Below, piece by piece: positions 32,261-34,429 of a stretch of 34,429 nt of DNA. A model generated the notes under the pieces. The model was not told the DNA's origin and ran no database searches. It worked only from the letters and a program-made list of their open reading frames with translations. Numbering within the stretch: the first letter of the stretch is position 1; every line of letters starts with the position of its first letter. Both the position numbers and the translations under genes were made by a program. This stretch comes from Pyrinomonadaceae bacterium (GTDB taxonomy: Bacteria > Acidobacteriota > Blastocatellia > Pyrinomonadales > Pyrinomonadaceae), in the NCBI GenBank assembly GCA_035316225.1, contig DATHJK010000261.1, positions 1 through 34,429 of the forward strand. The letters are read 5' to 3'.

Positions 32261-33208
32261 TTATCTTTGTCTTCTTGTTCTTACAGGCGTAGCGCGTATG
32301 CGCGCGATTTCGTATTGCGTGTTATCTATTCGCTCCTGCGCATCGGGGTGGTCGCTGAAGATGGAGCCTAATATGCTCGGCTCGCTGTGGGCTATCTGCT
32401 GCACTTTCCGAAGCATCGTGACCATGCCTTCAGGGTCGAATCCTGCTTTCGCTGCCCCATGCACGCCCAGGTAATCCGCCTCGCGCTCCTCATCGCGGCT
32501 GTGCGAAGCCAGCAACCCGCCCGCCACGGCCTGCGCCGCCGCTGTGCCCAGTTCACCAGCCGTCTGCCCGGCTATACCTGTTATCGAGCCGAAGACGTTC
32601 GCAAGGTCGCCCAGCGCCTGCGACTGTTGCAGCCTCTTCAAGCTGTGGCGCGCTACGACGTGTCCAATTTCGTGCGAGAGCACTGAAGCAAGCTCGTCAT
32701 CATTCGCAATCTCAACCAGAGCGTCTGTGACATAAACATGGCCGCCCGGCGTGGAGAAGGCATTCAGCTCGCGCGATTGAATGACGTGAAATTTGTATAG
32801 AAGACCGGGGCGCAAACTGGAGCGCGCAACACGCTGGCCTATGCTGTTGACGCGCTCCTGCCCTACGGTCGTGAACTGAACATGCTTGCCGACTTCCAGG
32901 TGGAATTGATTCCCAAGCCGAACCTCGTCGCGCTCGCTCATCAGCCCGGCGTTAGAATAATGCGCGCCGCGAAACTGCTCATAAGGGTCATACTGTAGCG
33001 AGCCTGTGGCGGTTGAGACGGCAGATGATACAACCGTAGAGCCTAAAGAGAAGATGTCGGAGATGATAGAGCGCTGCGAGTCCGTGTTATTGCTCGGCTG
33101 CTGCTGCTGGCGCTGTTGCGCGGGCGCGCCTGTAAAGGTTGTTAAAGTGATTGCCAGCGTGATAACTGCTATCAACAGCTTGCTATGTCTTGAATTAAGG
33201 GGGTTCAT
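32261..33208 (-). CDS. M48-family zinc metallopeptidase, secreted
   Basis: HEIGHVVARH (HExxH) and a signal peptide (LLIAVITLAITLTTFTGAPA). Confidence 0.85.
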   Translation of the reverse strand: MNPLNSRHSKLLIAVITLAITLTTFTGAPAQQRQQQQPSNNTDSQRSIISDIFSLGSTVVSSAVSTATGSLQYDPYEQFRGAHYSNAGLMSERDEVRLGNQFHLEVGKHVQFTTVGQERVNSIGQRVARSSLRPGLLYKFHVIQSRELNAFSTPGGHVYVTDALVEIANDDELASVLSHEIGHVVARHSLKRLQQSQALGDLANVFGSITGIAGQTAGELGTAAAQAVAGGLLASHSRDEEREADYLGVHGAAKAGFDPEGMVTMLRKVQQIAHSEPSILGSIFSDHPDAQERIDNTQYEIARIRATPVRTRRQR

Positions 33209-33340
33209 CCGTGTTCCTCTTTTTGAAATTCTTTCTGAAAGGTCATTCGATTCTAATAAGTTCGGCGCTTAATCCTTCGCCGCGCTTTCAACAATAGAGA
33301 CGATTACGGAAAAGAGCTTTTGCGAGCCAGCGCCAACCGT

Positions 33341-33475
33341 GTCAGTACCGCCTGAGAGAAGGGATGAGGGCGAAGGGATGAATAAGAATTCAGTGAACAG
33401 GTCAATATGCAATTCATTCAACCCATTTCATCCCTCATCCCTCATCCCTCATCCCTTCTTTCAGGCGGTACTGAC
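33341..33475. repeat. Composite hairpin: GTCAGTACCGCCTGA termini enclosing GGGATGA heptamer arms
   Basis: Left arm GTCAGTACCGCCTGAGAGAAGGGATGAGGGCGAAGGGATGAAT. The right arm's reverse complement is GTCAGTACCGCCTGAAAGAAGGGATGAGGGATGAGGGATGAGGGATGAAAT. Stem about 42 bp, loop about 41 nt. Confidence 0.9.
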
Positions 33476-33580
33476 CTGGACTTTTAGCGGCATTGCTCTC
33501 TTCACCTCTCGTCTATTTTGCATGGGGCGGTGTACAATCGCCAAGTAACATCAAACAAAATTTTCTGAAGAGGAGAGCGG

Positions 33581-34429
33581 ATGGCTTCCATCACTTTCCT
33601 GGGCGGCGCTCAAACCGTCACAGGCTCTAAATATCTGGTCGAATCTGCGGGCGCGCGCCTTCTGGTTGACTGCGGAATGTTTCAGGGATTGAAAGAGTTG
33701 CGCGAGCGCAACTGGCAAGACCCGCCTTTCGATCCCAAATCGCTTGATGCGGTTGTAATCACGCACGCGCACATTGATCACACAGGATATTTGCCGCGTC
33801 TGGTGGCTCTGGGTTACAACGGGCCTATCTACTGCTCACGCGGAACTGGCGACCTCATCAAGATTCTTTTGCCAGATGCCGGGCGGCTTCAGGAAGAGGA
33901 CGCAGATTACCTCAACCGCCATAATCTGACGAAGCACAAGCCCGCGCTGCCTCTTTATACGGAGCGCGATGCTCGCGCGGCGATTGATCTACTGAAACCT
34001 GTGCCAAACGACGGCAGCGCTGTTCAGGTAGCCAAGGGGGTGCGCGCAAGCTTCCGAGTTGCAGGACATATCTTAGGCTCAAGCCTTGTGCTGCTTGAAC
34101 TCGACGGCGCAGGCGACGACCATCAGGGGCGTCGAATACTTTTCTCAGGCGACCTGGGGCATTACAACCAGCCTATAATACGCGACCCCGTTGCGCCGCC
34201 CGCGTGCGATTACCTGCTGGTCGAATCAACATACGGCGACCGCCTGCACGACGCGGAAGACCCGAAAGACGTGCTTGAAAGAATCATACATGATGCTGTG
34301 AAACGAAACGGCGCTGTGCTGATTCCGGCATTTGCCATCGGTCGCACGCAGGAGATCGTTTACCTCATACGCGAGCTTGAAGAGGAGAATCGCATTCCCG
34401 TTCTTCCCGTGCGCGTTGATTCGCCTATG
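33581..34429 (+). CDS. MBL-fold metallo-hydrolase, beta-CASP family (RNA-metabolising nuclease-like), 3' end outside the window
   Basis: Frame open from ATG 33581 (GAGGAG SD) to the window end, 283 codons. HxHxDH motif (ITHAHIDHTGYLP), then GHILGS and ESTYG motifs. Confidence 0.85.
   Translation, partial: MASITFLGGAQTVTGSKYLVESAGARLLVDCGMFQGLKELRERNWQDPPFDPKSLDAVVITHAHIDHTGYLPRLVALGYNGPIYCSRGTGDLIKILLPDAGRLQEEDADYLNRHNLTKHKPALPLYTERDARAAIDLLKPVPNDGSAVQVAKGVRASFRVAGHILGSSLVLLELDGAGDDHQGRRILFSGDLGHYNQPIIRDPVAPPACDYLLVESTYGDRLHDAEDPKDVLERIIHDAVKRNGAVLIPAFAIGRTQEIVYLIRELEEENRIPVLPVRVDSPM

Noticed and set aside
3055-33475. The regularly recurring repeats might be a CRISPR array.
   Set aside because: The repeats are short tandem 7-mers forming inverted arms. 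They are not 25-40-nt direct repeats separated by unique spacers of constant length. They are also dispersed between genes.

Overview
34.4-kb bacterial chromosomal segment, moderately GC-rich. Gene content and repeat style suggest a soil Acidobacteriota-like organism, but that is only an inference. I support about 31 protein genes and one tRNA.

Genes, in order:
- A partial minor-pilin operon (PilW-, PilV- and FimT/GspH-like, minus strand).
- A PBP4-type DD-peptidase and an archaeal-type Ogg2 glycosylase.
- A TPR + tandem retropepsin-like protease, translationally coupled to a PIN-like protein.
- A small ORF, a 262-aa unknown, an SLT lytic transglycosylase, an MFS transporter and an amidohydrolase.
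- A class-III aminotransferase, CysS, ThiL, an AspAT-like aminotransferase and an NTF2/SnoaL-like protein.
- An orphan 520-aa coiled-coil membrane protein in an AT-richer block.
- A MerR regulator, tRNA-Pro(GGG) and a visibly low-GC aminotransferase islet.
- An ECF sigma / anti-sigma / secreted protein / retropepsin-like protease operon.
- M13 peptidase, OsmC, SucC (no SucD), a MauE-like protein, M48 peptidase and a partial beta-CASP MBL hydrolase.

The most unusual signal is non-genic. Nearly every intergenic gap in 3-18.3 kb and 31.5-33.5 kb carries a long hairpin whose arms are tandem ~7-nt units. The architecture is the same everywhere, but the unit sequence differs from locus to locus.
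- One tract is inserted in frame inside thiL.
- Three tracts end in a T-run that directly abuts a start codon.
- A second repeat family with GTCAGTACCGCC termini has three copies. One of them supplies the C-terminus and stop codon of a gene.

Other leads:
- A structured terminator-ended candidate sRNA upstream of the pilin operon.
- A tRNA-Pro-adjacent islet bounded by a degenerate copy of the tRNA 3' end.
- The ECF-linked and PIN-linked single-chain double-DTG proteases.
- The orphan membrane protein with its long structured leader.

No homology search, folding or GC calculation could be run. All family calls rest on motifs read by eye.
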